Below are positions 27,850 to 36,629 of a stretch of 64,000 bases of DNA, piece by piece. Location: NCBI GenBank assembly GCA_016177405.1, contig JACOVG010000006.1, positions 10,064 through 74,063 of the forward strand. The letters are read 5' to 3'. The first letter of the stretch is position 1. The number at the start of each line of letters is the position of its first letter. The DNA comes from Candidatus Omnitrophota bacterium (GTDB lineage: Bacteria > Omnitrophota > Gorgyraeia > 1-14-0-20-64-10). The notes below the pieces were generated by a model that saw only the letters and a list, made by a program, of their open reading frames with translations, was not told where the DNA came from and made no database searches. The translations under genes and the position numbers were made by a program.

Positions 27850-29048
27850 GGGCTCTTCCCCCGGGCGAAGGGCCATCGTTTTTCCATAACGAGCCGCATG
27901 GCGGTGGTGGCGTTCGGATCCTGCAGGCTCAATTGGCGAAAGTATCGGGCGGCCTCCCATCCCTGCCCCCGTTCAACCACCAACTCGAGCTGGTTGTAGA
28001 CGCGCCACCGCAGATCGATCTCCCCGTCTGGAAGCCTCTCGAGGAGCTCCACGAGAATTTGGGCGGCTTCCTGCGGGCGGCCCGCCTGAAGCTCGGCGTT
28101 CCCCGCCCACAACCGGCACCACTTGGCGAGGTACGAAGCCGGGCAACGCTGGATGACCCTGCGGTATTCCGCCAAGGCCTTCTCCCATCGCCCGTACAGG
28201 TGGTAGTTGCGAGCCGCGTAGTAAGTGCGCAAAGCCCAATGGAATTCCTTGAGGCTCATGACGTGAGGATCCTGCTGCTCCAAGTGAGCGTTCTCCGGCA
28301 CCTTGGGAAGCAGCGCGAGGTGAAGATCCTGGAAAGCGTTGGCCCACGTAGGACCCAGAAGCCGCCAAAGCCGGTGAATGGGATTGGCCAAAAAGGCCTT
28401 GGGGGCGCGCGACTTCACCATCGACAGGAAGAGACTGGGGGGCCTATGAGAATTAAAGATCTTATTGTAGGTCAGCAAGACGTGCTCCTGGGCTTCGGGA
28501 GCCAGGCTGGCAAAAACCGGCTGGGCCTGAAGGAGCTCGGGAGATCCAGAGACGTCTTCCCAGGTGGCCGGGGTTCCGTCCGGCAGCTTGAAGGTGATCC
28601 CAAAAAGAGGGTCGTAGTAAACCCATTTCCCACCGACGCGAACCACCAGGGCGGCGTGTATCGAGGGCCCATCCAAACCGGTGTAGAACTGGATGATCCG
28701 GCTTCGAACTCCCGTCAAGCTTAAGAAGGTCCCTACCGTCCAAACCTTCTGATCGCACCAGCCGATGCCTCGGACCAGACTGCTCCAGGGATCGGTGTCG
28801 ATGGTGTATCCCGGGCCCGGATACATCTGCTCCTGCACGAAAAAGAGAACACGATCCGTCAGAATGAGGGGATCGGATTCTCCGTGAGCCACCTGTTCCA
28901 AGACCACCGAGTAGCTTGCCTCGCGGTAGACGTACTCTCTTAAGCCCGGCAGCGCCAAGAAGGCCGCCAGAGCGAGAAGACCCGCCCCCGCCCCAACGGT
29001 GACCAGGCCTTTCCAACGAAAGCGCCTCAAGCCTGGGTTAAAGGCCAC
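27846..29048 (-). CDS. Membrane-anchored transglutaminase-like protein with C-terminal TPR repeats
   Basis: N-terminal TM (LVTVGAGAGLLALAAFLAL), RGIGWCDQ (Cys), HAALVV (His), WVYYDP (Asp); TPR-like helices (AARNYHLYGRWEKALAEYRRVI). Start estimated (GTG 29048). Confidence 0.75.
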   Translation of the reverse strand: MAFNPGLRRFRWKGLVTVGAGAGLLALAAFLALPGLREYVYREASYSVVLEQVAHGESDPLILTDRVLFFVQEQMYPGPGYTIDTDPWSSLVRGIGWCDQKVWTVGTFLSLTGVRSRIIQFYTGLDGPSIHAALVVRVGGKWVYYDPLFGITFKLPDGTPATWEDVSGSPELLQAQPVFASLAPEAQEHVLLTYNKIFNSHRPPSLFLSMVKSRAPKAFLANPIHRLWRLLGPTWANAFQDLHLALLPKVPENAHLEQQDPHVMSLKEFHWALRTYYAARNYHLYGRWEKALAEYRRVIQRCPASYLAKWCRLWAGNAELQAGRPQEAAQILVELLERLPDGEIDLRWRVYNQLELVVERGQGWEAARYFRQLSLQDPNATTAMRLVMEKRWPFARGKSP

Positions 29049-30882
29049 GAGAGACAACCTCCGGGGCGTGATATTCCGACTGCAGCTTCCAGAGGCGGGC
29101 GTAGATCCCTCCGCGGGCAAGGAGCTCCGCGTGCGTCCCTCTTTCCACCAACCGGCCTTCGGCCAGAACCAGAATCTGATCCGCGTGGGCGATCGTGGAA
29201 AGGCGATGGGCAATGGCCAGAAGGGTTCTCCTTCCTCTCTGCTCCTCCAAGACCTGCTGGATCTGCCGTTCGGAATCAGAGTCCAGCGCCGAGGTGGCCT
29301 CATCCAGAATCAGGAAGTCAGGCTGCCGGATCAGGGCCCTGGCCAGCGCCACCCGCTGGGCCTCCCCCCCGGAGAGACGCTGCCCTCGCTCCCCCACCAC
29401 GGTCTCATAGCCCTGGGACAGCTTCCGTATGAAGCCATCGGCGTGGGCGTCCCGGGCGGCCGAGGCGATCTCTTCCCCTGTAGCATCCGGTTTTCCAAAA
29501 GCGATGTTGTCGCGGAGGCTGGTGTGAAAAAGGAACGGATCCTGGGGCACCGATCCCACCCGCCCAAGCCAATCGTTGAGGTCTAAGGCAGCCAGAGGCA
29601 CCCCGTCGATCAGGATCGCCCCGCCGGTGGGTTCGTAAAGCCGAAGTAAAAGATCCGCCACTGTGGATTTTCCTGTCCCCGATAAACCCACCAGAGCCGT
29701 GAAACTGCCTCGCGGCAAAGAGAAGGCCAGTTCCGAAACGGCCGGCGACTCGTCCGGGCCATACTGGAGGCTGACCTCTCTAAACTCCACCGAATGGCGA
29801 AACCCTCCAAAGCGCTGACGGATTTTGGGCTCAAGGCGCTCAACGGAGAGGATCTCATTCATCCGGACGATGCTGGGCGCGAGGGAAGTCAACCCGGCCA
29901 GGTGGGCAAAGAGGGCGCGCAGTCGCGGGGCCACCCGGTGAACCGCCACCAGGAACGCCAGGAGCGAAGGCAGGGTGCTCGTTTGGCCTGGACCCATCAT
30001 CCACGTGCCGGCCGCCAGGAAGAAGCCCACCCCGACAACCGTCAACAGGTCGGTGAGCGGCTCGGGCACGTTGACCCAAAGCAACGCTCTCTGCTGGCCC
30101 TTGCGCTGACGTTCAAGGAGATTCTCCATCTCGCGAATGCCCTCCTCCTGACGGCCGAACGAATGCAGCAGACGAAGGGCCTGAAACGATTCTGCCGCCG
30201 TCCGGGAGAGGGCGAGCATCGCCTGGCGCACCTTCATGGAGTGGTGCGCGACCTGCCGCATGACAATCTGCATCAGGCGGGAAATGACCCCATAAGCCAC
30301 CAGCGCCACCAACGTCAGCGGCCAAGAAAGCCAAAAGAGAATCCCGGCGTAGGCCGCCAAAAAGAGGAGGGTCCGGGCCAGATCGTTCACCCGGCCAAAG
30401 GCCTCACCCAAAGAAGCCGGCTGGTTGAGATAATCGGTCAAATCGCCCAGACGATAGGCGCTCACCCGGGGAAAAGAAAGCCGCAGGATGCGCGCGTAGA
30501 TTTCATTCGTGGCCTGGGCCTGGACCCGTGGCCTGACCCACGCGGTCAGCGCCACAGAAAGAAATTGAAAACCGGACCGCAAGACCTGTGAGAGGACCGC
30601 CAGGAGGATGAGCCACAGGAAAAGCTGCTCCCGGCCGAGGCCGGCCCGAAGCCCTTGGAGCCTTTCCCCCCACGGTCCCAGGAAAGCGTTTGAGCTCAAA
30701 TTCTCGGGGTTGCCCAAGACCTGAAGAGCGACGGTGATAAAACCCAGGGAACCGGCCTCGAAGAAAGCGCACAGGGTATTGGCGGCAAACGCCAGGAAGG
30801 CCCATTTCCACCATGGCCTCGAAAATTTCCAGGTGGCCTCAACGCTAACGAGCCAACCTAACGTGTTATGTCTATTCCACAT
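29038..30882 (-). CDS. ABC transporter permease/ATPase (MsbA/PglK-like glycolipid exporter)
   Basis: N-terminal TM domain, Walker A GLSGTGKS, LSGGEAQR signature, LILDEATSALD, IAHRLST. Confidence 0.95.
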   Translation of the reverse strand: MWNRHNTLGWLVSVEATWKFSRPWWKWAFLAFAANTLCAFFEAGSLGFITVALQVLGNPENLSSNAFLGPWGERLQGLRAGLGREQLFLWLILLAVLSQVLRSGFQFLSVALTAWVRPRVQAQATNEIYARILRLSFPRVSAYRLGDLTDYLNQPASLGEAFGRVNDLARTLLFLAAYAGILFWLSWPLTLVALVAYGVISRLMQIVMRQVAHHSMKVRQAMLALSRTAAESFQALRLLHSFGRQEEGIREMENLLERQRKGQQRALLWVNVPEPLTDLLTVVGVGFFLAAGTWMMGPGQTSTLPSLLAFLVAVHRVAPRLRALFAHLAGLTSLAPSIVRMNEILSVERLEPKIRQRFGGFRHSVEFREVSLQYGPDESPAVSELAFSLPRGSFTALVGLSGTGKSTVADLLLRLYEPTGGAILIDGVPLAALDLNDWLGRVGSVPQDPFLFHTSLRDNIAFGKPDATGEEIASAARDAHADGFIRKLSQGYETVVGERGQRLSGGEAQRVALARALIRQPDFLILDEATSALDSDSERQIQQVLEEQRGRRTLLAIAHRLSTIAHADQILVLAEGRLVERGTHAELLARGGIYARLWKLQSEYHAPEVVSRGL

Positions 30883-30899
30883 AGGGAGAGGGAGAAGCC

Positions 30900-30945
30900 G
30901 GCATGTTCATCAAACGAACATGCCATAACTCCATAGGGTTGTCAA
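30900..30945 (-). promoter_or_regulatory. Sigma70-like internal promoter overlapped by a 9-7-9 inverted repeat
   Basis: Minus strand TTGACA (30945-30940), 17 nt, then TGn-CATGTT (30922-30917). GGCATGTTC-N7-GAACATGCC at 30900-30924. Sits in the largest intergenic gap of the window. Confidence 0.6.
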
Positions 30946-30974
30946 GAAGCATTCCGACTCCTTAGAGAACTCCT

Positions 30975-32840
30975 CTAAAGCTCAAAGAGTGTCAGCCACA
31001 CCTCGAAGGTGAGCAGAAGCCACAGGGGGTTGGAGAAGTCCTGGCGGCCCGACCAATGGTCTTCCACCATCCGCCGAATCGGCCCAGGATCCAGATAGCG
31101 CCTCATGCGGGCGTTGGCGGCGCACAGGTGATCCGCGAGGGGCTGCCTTAAGCTCTTTCTGAACCAGGCACCCAGGGGAACCCCAAAACCCATCTTGCTC
31201 CTGCGGCGGATCAAGGGCGGCAGTAAATCGTCGAAGGTCTCCTTTAAAATCCACTTGGAGGTGAAGCCCCTCCACTTGAAACAACCCGGAAGCCGGAAGG
31301 CCCACTCGACGAGGGCGGTGTCCAGAAAAGGGGATCGGGTTTCCAAACCATGGGCCATGCTGCAGCGGTCCATCTTCACGTGAAGATCACAAGGCAGGTA
31401 CCGGCTAAAATTCAACCGCAGAACCCTGTCCAAAAGAGATCCCCCCCAAGGGTCTTCAAGGAAATTCCGATAATCCAAAAGGAGGTCGCTCCCCGGTAAA
31501 TCCTTCAGCAAAAACCGGTCTGGTTGAGGGAGATAGGTCGTCCAGGCGTAGTACCTTTGCGCCCTGGATCCACCGGCCGTCTCCAGAAAACGTTTGGCTC
31601 GAGAAAGGGGATTCCGCGAACGGCTCGGCACCGGCAGCAACCGGCTCAACCCGCCGGCCGCCCGGCGCGCCATCGGGGGCAGTCGGTCCGAGGCCAGCAA
31701 GGCCCCGAACCTCTGGTAGCCGGCGAAGAGCTCATCCCCGCCATCCCCGTTTAAGGCAACGGTCACGTGCGAACGGGTCAGCTTGGACAGGAGAAAGGTC
31801 GGAATGGCCGAGGAATCCCCGAAGGGCTGGTCGTGGTGCCGAACCAGATCGGTCAAAAGATCAAAGGAGTCGGGTTTCACCGTAAAGACGGTGTGGTCGG
31901 TCCTGAAGCGCTCCGCGGCGCAGGCGGCATAGGCCGTCTCGTTGAAAGAGGGGTCCCCCTCGAATCCGATCGAAAAGGTCTTGGGCTTGGAAGCCCCCAG
32001 CCTCGCCATCAGACCCACCACAATCGTGGAATCAATGCCTCCGCTTAGGAAAGCCCCCAGGGGGACATCCGCCACCAGCCGCTTGCGGACCGCTTCGGTT
32101 AAAAGATCCCGCAGCTGCTGCTTGGCTTCAGGCAAAGGAAGGGCCGATTCCCTCTCGGGAGGAAGCGCCCAATACCGTTCTTCGCGAATCACGCCGCCGC
32201 CAAGCCGAAAGACCAGGAGGTTACCCGGTTCCAACTGCCGGATCTCTTTAAAGCAGGTTTGTCCAGGCGGGGGATAGCCGAAGGCCAGCAGGTACGGGAG
32301 ATTCTGTTCCTCCAGCTGTTTGGGAACATGCGGGTGAGCGAAAAGGGCTTTGATCTCGGAGGCGAAGGCGAAGCAGTCGCCGTTGGTCCAATAGAAGAGG
32401 GGCTTTTTTCCGGTTCGGTCGCGCGCGAGGAGCAGCTCTTGCCTTAAACCGTCCCAGAGGGCCAGCGCGAACATCCCATCCAACCGGCGGATGGCCGATA
32501 CCCCCCAGGCCTGATAGGCCCGTAGGATGACCTCGGTGTCACAGCGGCTTCGAAAAGTGAAGCCCTGGGTCTCCAGCTCGGCCCGCAGTTCCTTAAAGTT
32601 GTAAACCTCGCCGTTGTAGCACAGCCACACCGGAGAATCTTCGCTGGCCATTGGCTGCCCCGCTTCGGGCGTTAAGTCGATCACCTTCAAACGACAGTGG
32701 CCCAATCCAACGAAGGGCTGCGCCAGGAGGGTTTTAGATTCGTCCGGCCCCCGGTGGCCCAGGAGCTTGATCATTCGCTGAAGCTCCTCTCTCCTGACCC
32801 CTTCTCCATTGGCGTGGACGACGCCAGCGAAACCGCACAC
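30975..32840 (-). CDS. asnB: Asparagine synthase (glutamine-hydrolysing)-like amidotransferase
   Basis: MCGFAG N-terminal Cys, HRGPD, NGEVYN, ARDRTGKKPL, FLSGGIDS, GDGGDELFAGY. Confidence 0.96.
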   Translation of the reverse strand: MCGFAGVVHANGEGVRREELQRMIKLLGHRGPDESKTLLAQPFVGLGHCRLKVIDLTPEAGQPMASEDSPVWLCYNGEVYNFKELRAELETQGFTFRSRCDTEVILRAYQAWGVSAIRRLDGMFALALWDGLRQELLLARDRTGKKPLFYWTNGDCFAFASEIKALFAHPHVPKQLEEQNLPYLLAFGYPPPGQTCFKEIRQLEPGNLLVFRLGGGVIREERYWALPPERESALPLPEAKQQLRDLLTEAVRKRLVADVPLGAFLSGGIDSTIVVGLMARLGASKPKTFSIGFEGDPSFNETAYAACAAERFRTDHTVFTVKPDSFDLLTDLVRHHDQPFGDSSAIPTFLLSKLTRSHVTVALNGDGGDELFAGYQRFGALLASDRLPPMARRAAGGLSRLLPVPSRSRNPLSRAKRFLETAGGSRAQRYYAWTTYLPQPDRFLLKDLPGSDLLLDYRNFLEDPWGGSLLDRVLRLNFSRYLPCDLHVKMDRCSMAHGLETRSPFLDTALVEWAFRLPGCFKWRGFTSKWILKETFDDLLPPLIRRRSKMGFGVPLGAWFRKSLRQPLADHLCAANARMRRYLDPGPIRRMVEDHWSGRQDFSNPLWLLLTFEVWLTLFEL

Positions 32841-32841
32841 T

Positions 32842-34677
32842 CTAGATCCAACCCTTCATGCGGTAAGCCAGCAGGGCCAGGAATTCGTGCACGATCCCCC
32901 TGATCTGGCGAGGCGTGACGCTGCCATCCCGATGGTAGAAGCGGCCGCGAAGGACCGGTTGATGCACCACCTTAAGTTCCGGGGCATTCTTCCTGAAGAC
33001 CAAGTCTGCTCTTTTGGCGTGGTAAGGGGAGGTGACGAGGAGAATGGAACGCCACCCCGAGGTTTGGGCAACGGCCCGGACCCGGAGAACATATTCATAG
33101 GTGCTGCTGACGCGGGTTTCGATCAAGATCGCGCCCCTGGGAACCCCCAGGGAGGTCAAGAGCGCGCGCATGAGATCCGCCTCATGAAAAGTCCAGGTGA
33201 AGCCTGAAACCAAGAAAATACGGGGGGCGAACCCCTGCTGATAAAGCTCCAGGGCCTGTTTCGCCCGTTCCTGATAGCCTTCCTCCGGTTGACCCAGCTC
33301 CCCCACCCCGCCGCCAAAAATCACGATGGCATCCGCCGGCTGGGGGCTCTGCGCCAACCTAAGCGGGGAAGCGACAAACCAAACCAGGGGGGTCCTGAAA
33401 ACAAAGAGCGCCAGGAGAACCAGAGCGGCAGACCAGCGCAAGAGCCGCCGGGAACGCAGGAGTGAAGCGCGAAGCTTATGCATGCCGTCTTCCAGAGGGC
33501 TTGTCGTTTTCCGGGTGATCACCTCATCGATCAAGCCCTGCATCTGAACAATCCGGCTGGCCCAGCTGTTGGCCTTGGCAGCGGCAAGACGCTGTTTCAT
33601 GTCCGCTCCGCCGCCGTCTTTAAGCAGCCCATCGATGGCCCTGGAGAAATCTTCCGCGCTGTCTCCAATGGTGACCAGCTCCCCATGGCGCCGGTTGTAT
33701 TCCAAAACCTCCGGCAGGGGGGTCGAAACCACCGGCTTGCCCAGGGCATGGTACTCGTTGAGCTTCGTGGGATAAACGTTTCGCGTGTACCCCGTCAGGC
33801 GGTACGGGATGAGTCCCACATCAAACTGCTTGACGTAATGAGGCAGCTCCTGGTGAGACTTTTTCCCAAGGAAGAAAACGTTGGGGGAGCGCGCGAGCCG
33901 CTTGCAGTCCGTCTGCAGGGGGCCCACCAGGACAAAGGAGCAGTCGGGGCGCTTTTGGGCGAGCGAGGCAAAGAGCTCCTGGTCCACCCACTGATGAATC
34001 CCTCCAACGTAACCCACCACCGGATGAGGGATTCCGGACAGGTCGCCGGGCACGTGGGCCGGACCGTCCAGCGCCTGGGTGAAGGTGGGCAGATCCACTC
34101 CGAAAGGAAACAGATGCGTTTGCTTGGCCCAAGGGCTGGCGCTCCGGTGAAGAGCCCGAGAGGTGACAAAAACCAGGTCCGCCCGCCGGAACAGCTCCTG
34201 CTCGCTGGCCACAATCCGCTGCGCCGCCGGTGTCGAATCGCTGAAGCTGTCGATGCAGTAATAAATGAGCGCCTGATGGGGAACCGACCGGATGATCTCC
34301 AGGGTAAGCGGCGTGGGCAGGAAGGTCCAGAGGACCGGATGATGGAAGTCCATCGCCTCCATCCAGCGCCTTAAGGCCGTCAGAACCAGCCACCGGTTGA
34401 TCCCTTGGGCCCACCGAGAATAGGGAAAGGGCAGGACGAGGGGTGAAAAGACGTAGAGATCCCGCGCCTCTTGTCTGAACCCCTGGAGGGATTTCAGCCA
34501 GCGGAGAAGCCGGTGGCTGATCCTGGAGAGGTCCCGGAGTTGCGGGTTTCGAACACCGGTGTTCTCGACAAAAAGGACCCGGTGGCCTTTTTGAGCCAGC
34601 GTGGACATGATCTCCTGGTGCCCCTGCCAGATGAAGTCCCAGTCGATCGAGGAGATGCAAAGGATCGGCGCGGGCAT
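32842..34677 (-). CDS. GT4-type glycosyltransferase fused to YdcF/ElyC/SanA (DUF218) domain
   Basis: N-terminal GT (YYCID, VGYVGGI, FDVGLIPY, PTKLNEYHALGKPVVST), one TM helix, then DAIVIFGGG...LLVTSPYHAKRA. Confidence 0.88.
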   Translation of the reverse strand: MPAPILCISSIDWDFIWQGHQEIMSTLAQKGHRVLFVENTGVRNPQLRDLSRISHRLLRWLKSLQGFRQEARDLYVFSPLVLPFPYSRWAQGINRWLVLTALRRWMEAMDFHHPVLWTFLPTPLTLEIIRSVPHQALIYYCIDSFSDSTPAAQRIVASEQELFRRADLVFVTSRALHRSASPWAKQTHLFPFGVDLPTFTQALDGPAHVPGDLSGIPHPVVGYVGGIHQWVDQELFASLAQKRPDCSFVLVGPLQTDCKRLARSPNVFFLGKKSHQELPHYVKQFDVGLIPYRLTGYTRNVYPTKLNEYHALGKPVVSTPLPEVLEYNRRHGELVTIGDSAEDFSRAIDGLLKDGGGADMKQRLAAAKANSWASRIVQMQGLIDEVITRKTTSPLEDGMHKLRASLLRSRRLLRWSAALVLLALFVFRTPLVWFVASPLRLAQSPQPADAIVIFGGGVGELGQPEEGYQERAKQALELYQQGFAPRIFLVSGFTWTFHEADLMRALLTSLGVPRGAILIETRVSSTYEYVLRVRAVAQTSGWRSILLVTSPYHAKRADLVFRKNAPELKVVHQPVLRGRFYHRDGSVTPRQIRGIVHEFLALLAYRMKGWI

Positions 34678-34679
34678 CG

Positions 34680-35744
34680 TTATTCCCTAAGCTTGAGCAA
34701 GCTTCTGAACAGACCCGGCCGGCTGGTCGCCCAAACAAGCGGCCGGGTGGCCTTCGACCGGATGAGGAGCTTCATCACCCAGCAAACGGCGTATTGCGCT
34801 AAGCCGGTCCGATAAAGGCGCATCCGATGAAGGGCCTGTTCAAAGTCGGCCGGCGAGAGCCGGTAGTTGAAGATCTCAAAAAGCGTCCGGGCCGCGCGGC
34901 CCGGGGGGCTTGCGTTTTCCCTGAAATGAAGCCCCACCTCAAAGGCCAGCGCCCAAAAGAGGTATCGGCGGATGTATCTTCGCCACCGGCCGACCATGGC
35001 CCGGCGCTCCGGGAATCGCGCCAGATGCTCATCGCAGTAACGGTTCATGTTGATGTCGTAGTCTTGCGACATGGAGACAATCGTCCGAGTGCTCTGCGCC
35101 CTGCGCTCCTGCCGGCTTTTCCAAAGAATTTCAGGAATGTGGCCGATGGCACCGCGCTCGGCCAGCCGGAACCAGACCACAAAATCGCCGAACCCAATGG
35201 GTCGATCCTCGTCGAATCGGATCCCTTCCAGACGCGCCCGCCGGATCATCGCCCCGGGGGCCGCGATGGAGGAACGGCCGGAACGCAGCGTCTGTTCGAT
35301 GTAGACAAGCCCGGGTGTCACTTCCGCCACCGCGTACCGGCGCAGCCCCAAGGGCTCCCCGGCCTCACCCGAAAGCTCCCAGTCGGAGCAAACCACCTCC
35401 GCCTCGGGATGCCTCTTGAGGAACTCCACGTACCGGGAGACGATCCGGGGGTCGCGATCGTCGTGATCGTGAAAGAAGCAAAGGAACTCCCCACGGGAAG
35501 CCTCCAGGCAAAAGTTGTGATTCCCGTAAAGGCCGATGTTCTTGGACTGCCGGAAATAGCGGATCCGAGGGTCGCTGCGCGCCGCCTCCTCGCACAGGAA
35601 CTGGGTCTCATCCTCCGAGGCGTTGTCGCTGATCACGATTTCAAGCGAAGGGTAATCCTGCCCTTGAATGCTCTTTAAGCTCTCCCGGAGGAAGGCCGCC
35701 CGGTTGCAGGTGGGGACGCAGATGGAAACCAGCGGCTGGGGCAC
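34680..35744 (-). CDS. Glycosyltransferase family 2
   Basis: PLVSICVPTCNR, SDNASED, NIGLYGNHN, HDHD. Confidence 0.9.
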   Translation of the reverse strand: MPQPLVSICVPTCNRAAFLRESLKSIQGQDYPSLEIVISDNASEDETQFLCEEAARSDPRIRYFRQSKNIGLYGNHNFCLEASRGEFLCFFHDHDDRDPRIVSRYVEFLKRHPEAEVVCSDWELSGEAGEPLGLRRYAVAEVTPGLVYIEQTLRSGRSSIAAPGAMIRRARLEGIRFDEDRPIGFGDFVVWFRLAERGAIGHIPEILWKSRQERRAQSTRTIVSMSQDYDINMNRYCDEHLARFPERRAMVGRWRRYIRRYLFWALAFEVGLHFRENASPPGRAARTLFEIFNYRLSPADFEQALHRMRLYRTGLAQYAVCWVMKLLIRSKATRPLVWATSRPGLFRSLLKLRE

Positions 35745-35745
35745 G

Positions 35746-36618
35746 CTAGGGCCTTCCCTTCAGGGCCGCCAATCCCAGCTCCACGTTGGAAAAGGGCTCC
35801 GCCCCGGCCGCGGACAATTTTCGTGTGCCCAAGCGGACGCGGAGAGGCCTGCGCGCCGGCTGGTGGAGCTCTTCGGTGGGGACGGCAATGACCCGGCGCG
35901 CGTCCAGGCCAAAGGAGGCGCAGATCCGATGGGCAAAATCAATCCGCGAGAGGAAGTCGGGGCCGACGGCGTGGAAGGTTCCGGTACGGTCTTTCTCCAG
36001 AAGGAATCGGGTTGCGCCCGCTACGTCCGACGTGGCGGTCGGAGACCCCCACTGGTCTGACGCCACCCGGACGGTCCCGCCGGCCACGAGCCGGTCGGCG
36101 AGCCGGAGAACGAAGTTTTTTCGGGCCTGATCAGGCCCGTAGAGGCTGGAGGTCCGCAGGATCAGGTGACTTTCCGGGAGCTCTTCGCGGACGGCCTGCT
36201 CTCCCTCCACCTTGCTTTGGGCATACCGGTTCAAGGGATGAACCGGGGACTCTTCCGAGGCGCTGGCCAAGCTCCCGTCAAAGACATGGTCCGTGGAGTA
36301 AAAAACGACGATGGCCCCCCGCCCCCGGGCCCACCGCGCCACGCTTCGCGGACCTTCCACGTTGACCCGGCGGCAGAGCTCGGCCTCACTTTCGCACCCA
36401 TCCACGTTGCAGTAGGCCCCCGCGATCAGAATCCAGTCGGGCGCGAGCCGATCGAGCAGCCTCAGGGTGCCTGCGGCATCGGCCAAATCCACCAGGGGCC
36501 TTCCGGGTTTCGGACCTCGGTGGACGGCCTCCATCACCTCGTAAGCCCCTTGAAACTTCTGGACCAAGGCCATTCCCAACTGACCCCCCGCCCCCAAAAC
36601 CAAAACCCTTCGTCCCAT
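35746..36618 (-). CDS. RmlD-like NDP-4-keto sugar reductase
   Basis: LGAGGQLG, STDHVFDG, PLNRYAQSK, DQWGSPT. Confidence 0.9.
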   Translation of the reverse strand: MGRRVLVLGAGGQLGMALVQKFQGAYEVMEAVHRGPKPGRPLVDLADAAGTLRLLDRLAPDWILIAGAYCNVDGCESEAELCRRVNVEGPRSVARWARGRGAIVVFYSTDHVFDGSLASASEESPVHPLNRYAQSKVEGEQAVREELPESHLILRTSSLYGPDQARKNFVLRLADRLVAGGTVRVASDQWGSPTATSDVAGATRFLLEKDRTGTFHAVGPDFLSRIDFAHRICASFGLDARRVIAVPTEELHQPARRPLRVRLGTRKLSAAGAEPFSNVELGLAALKGRP

Positions 36619-36629
36619 TCCCGAATCCT

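Noticed and set aside
30900-30924. LexA box or intrinsic terminator
   Set aside because: GTTC-N7-GAAC matches neither the GAAC-N4-GTTC nor the GTTC-N7-GTTC LexA motifs, and no U-tract follows on the coding strand.
30961-30980. Short inverted repeat TTAGAG-N5-CTCTAA at the asnB stop
   Set aside because: Only a 6 bp AT-rich stem, too weak to call a terminator.
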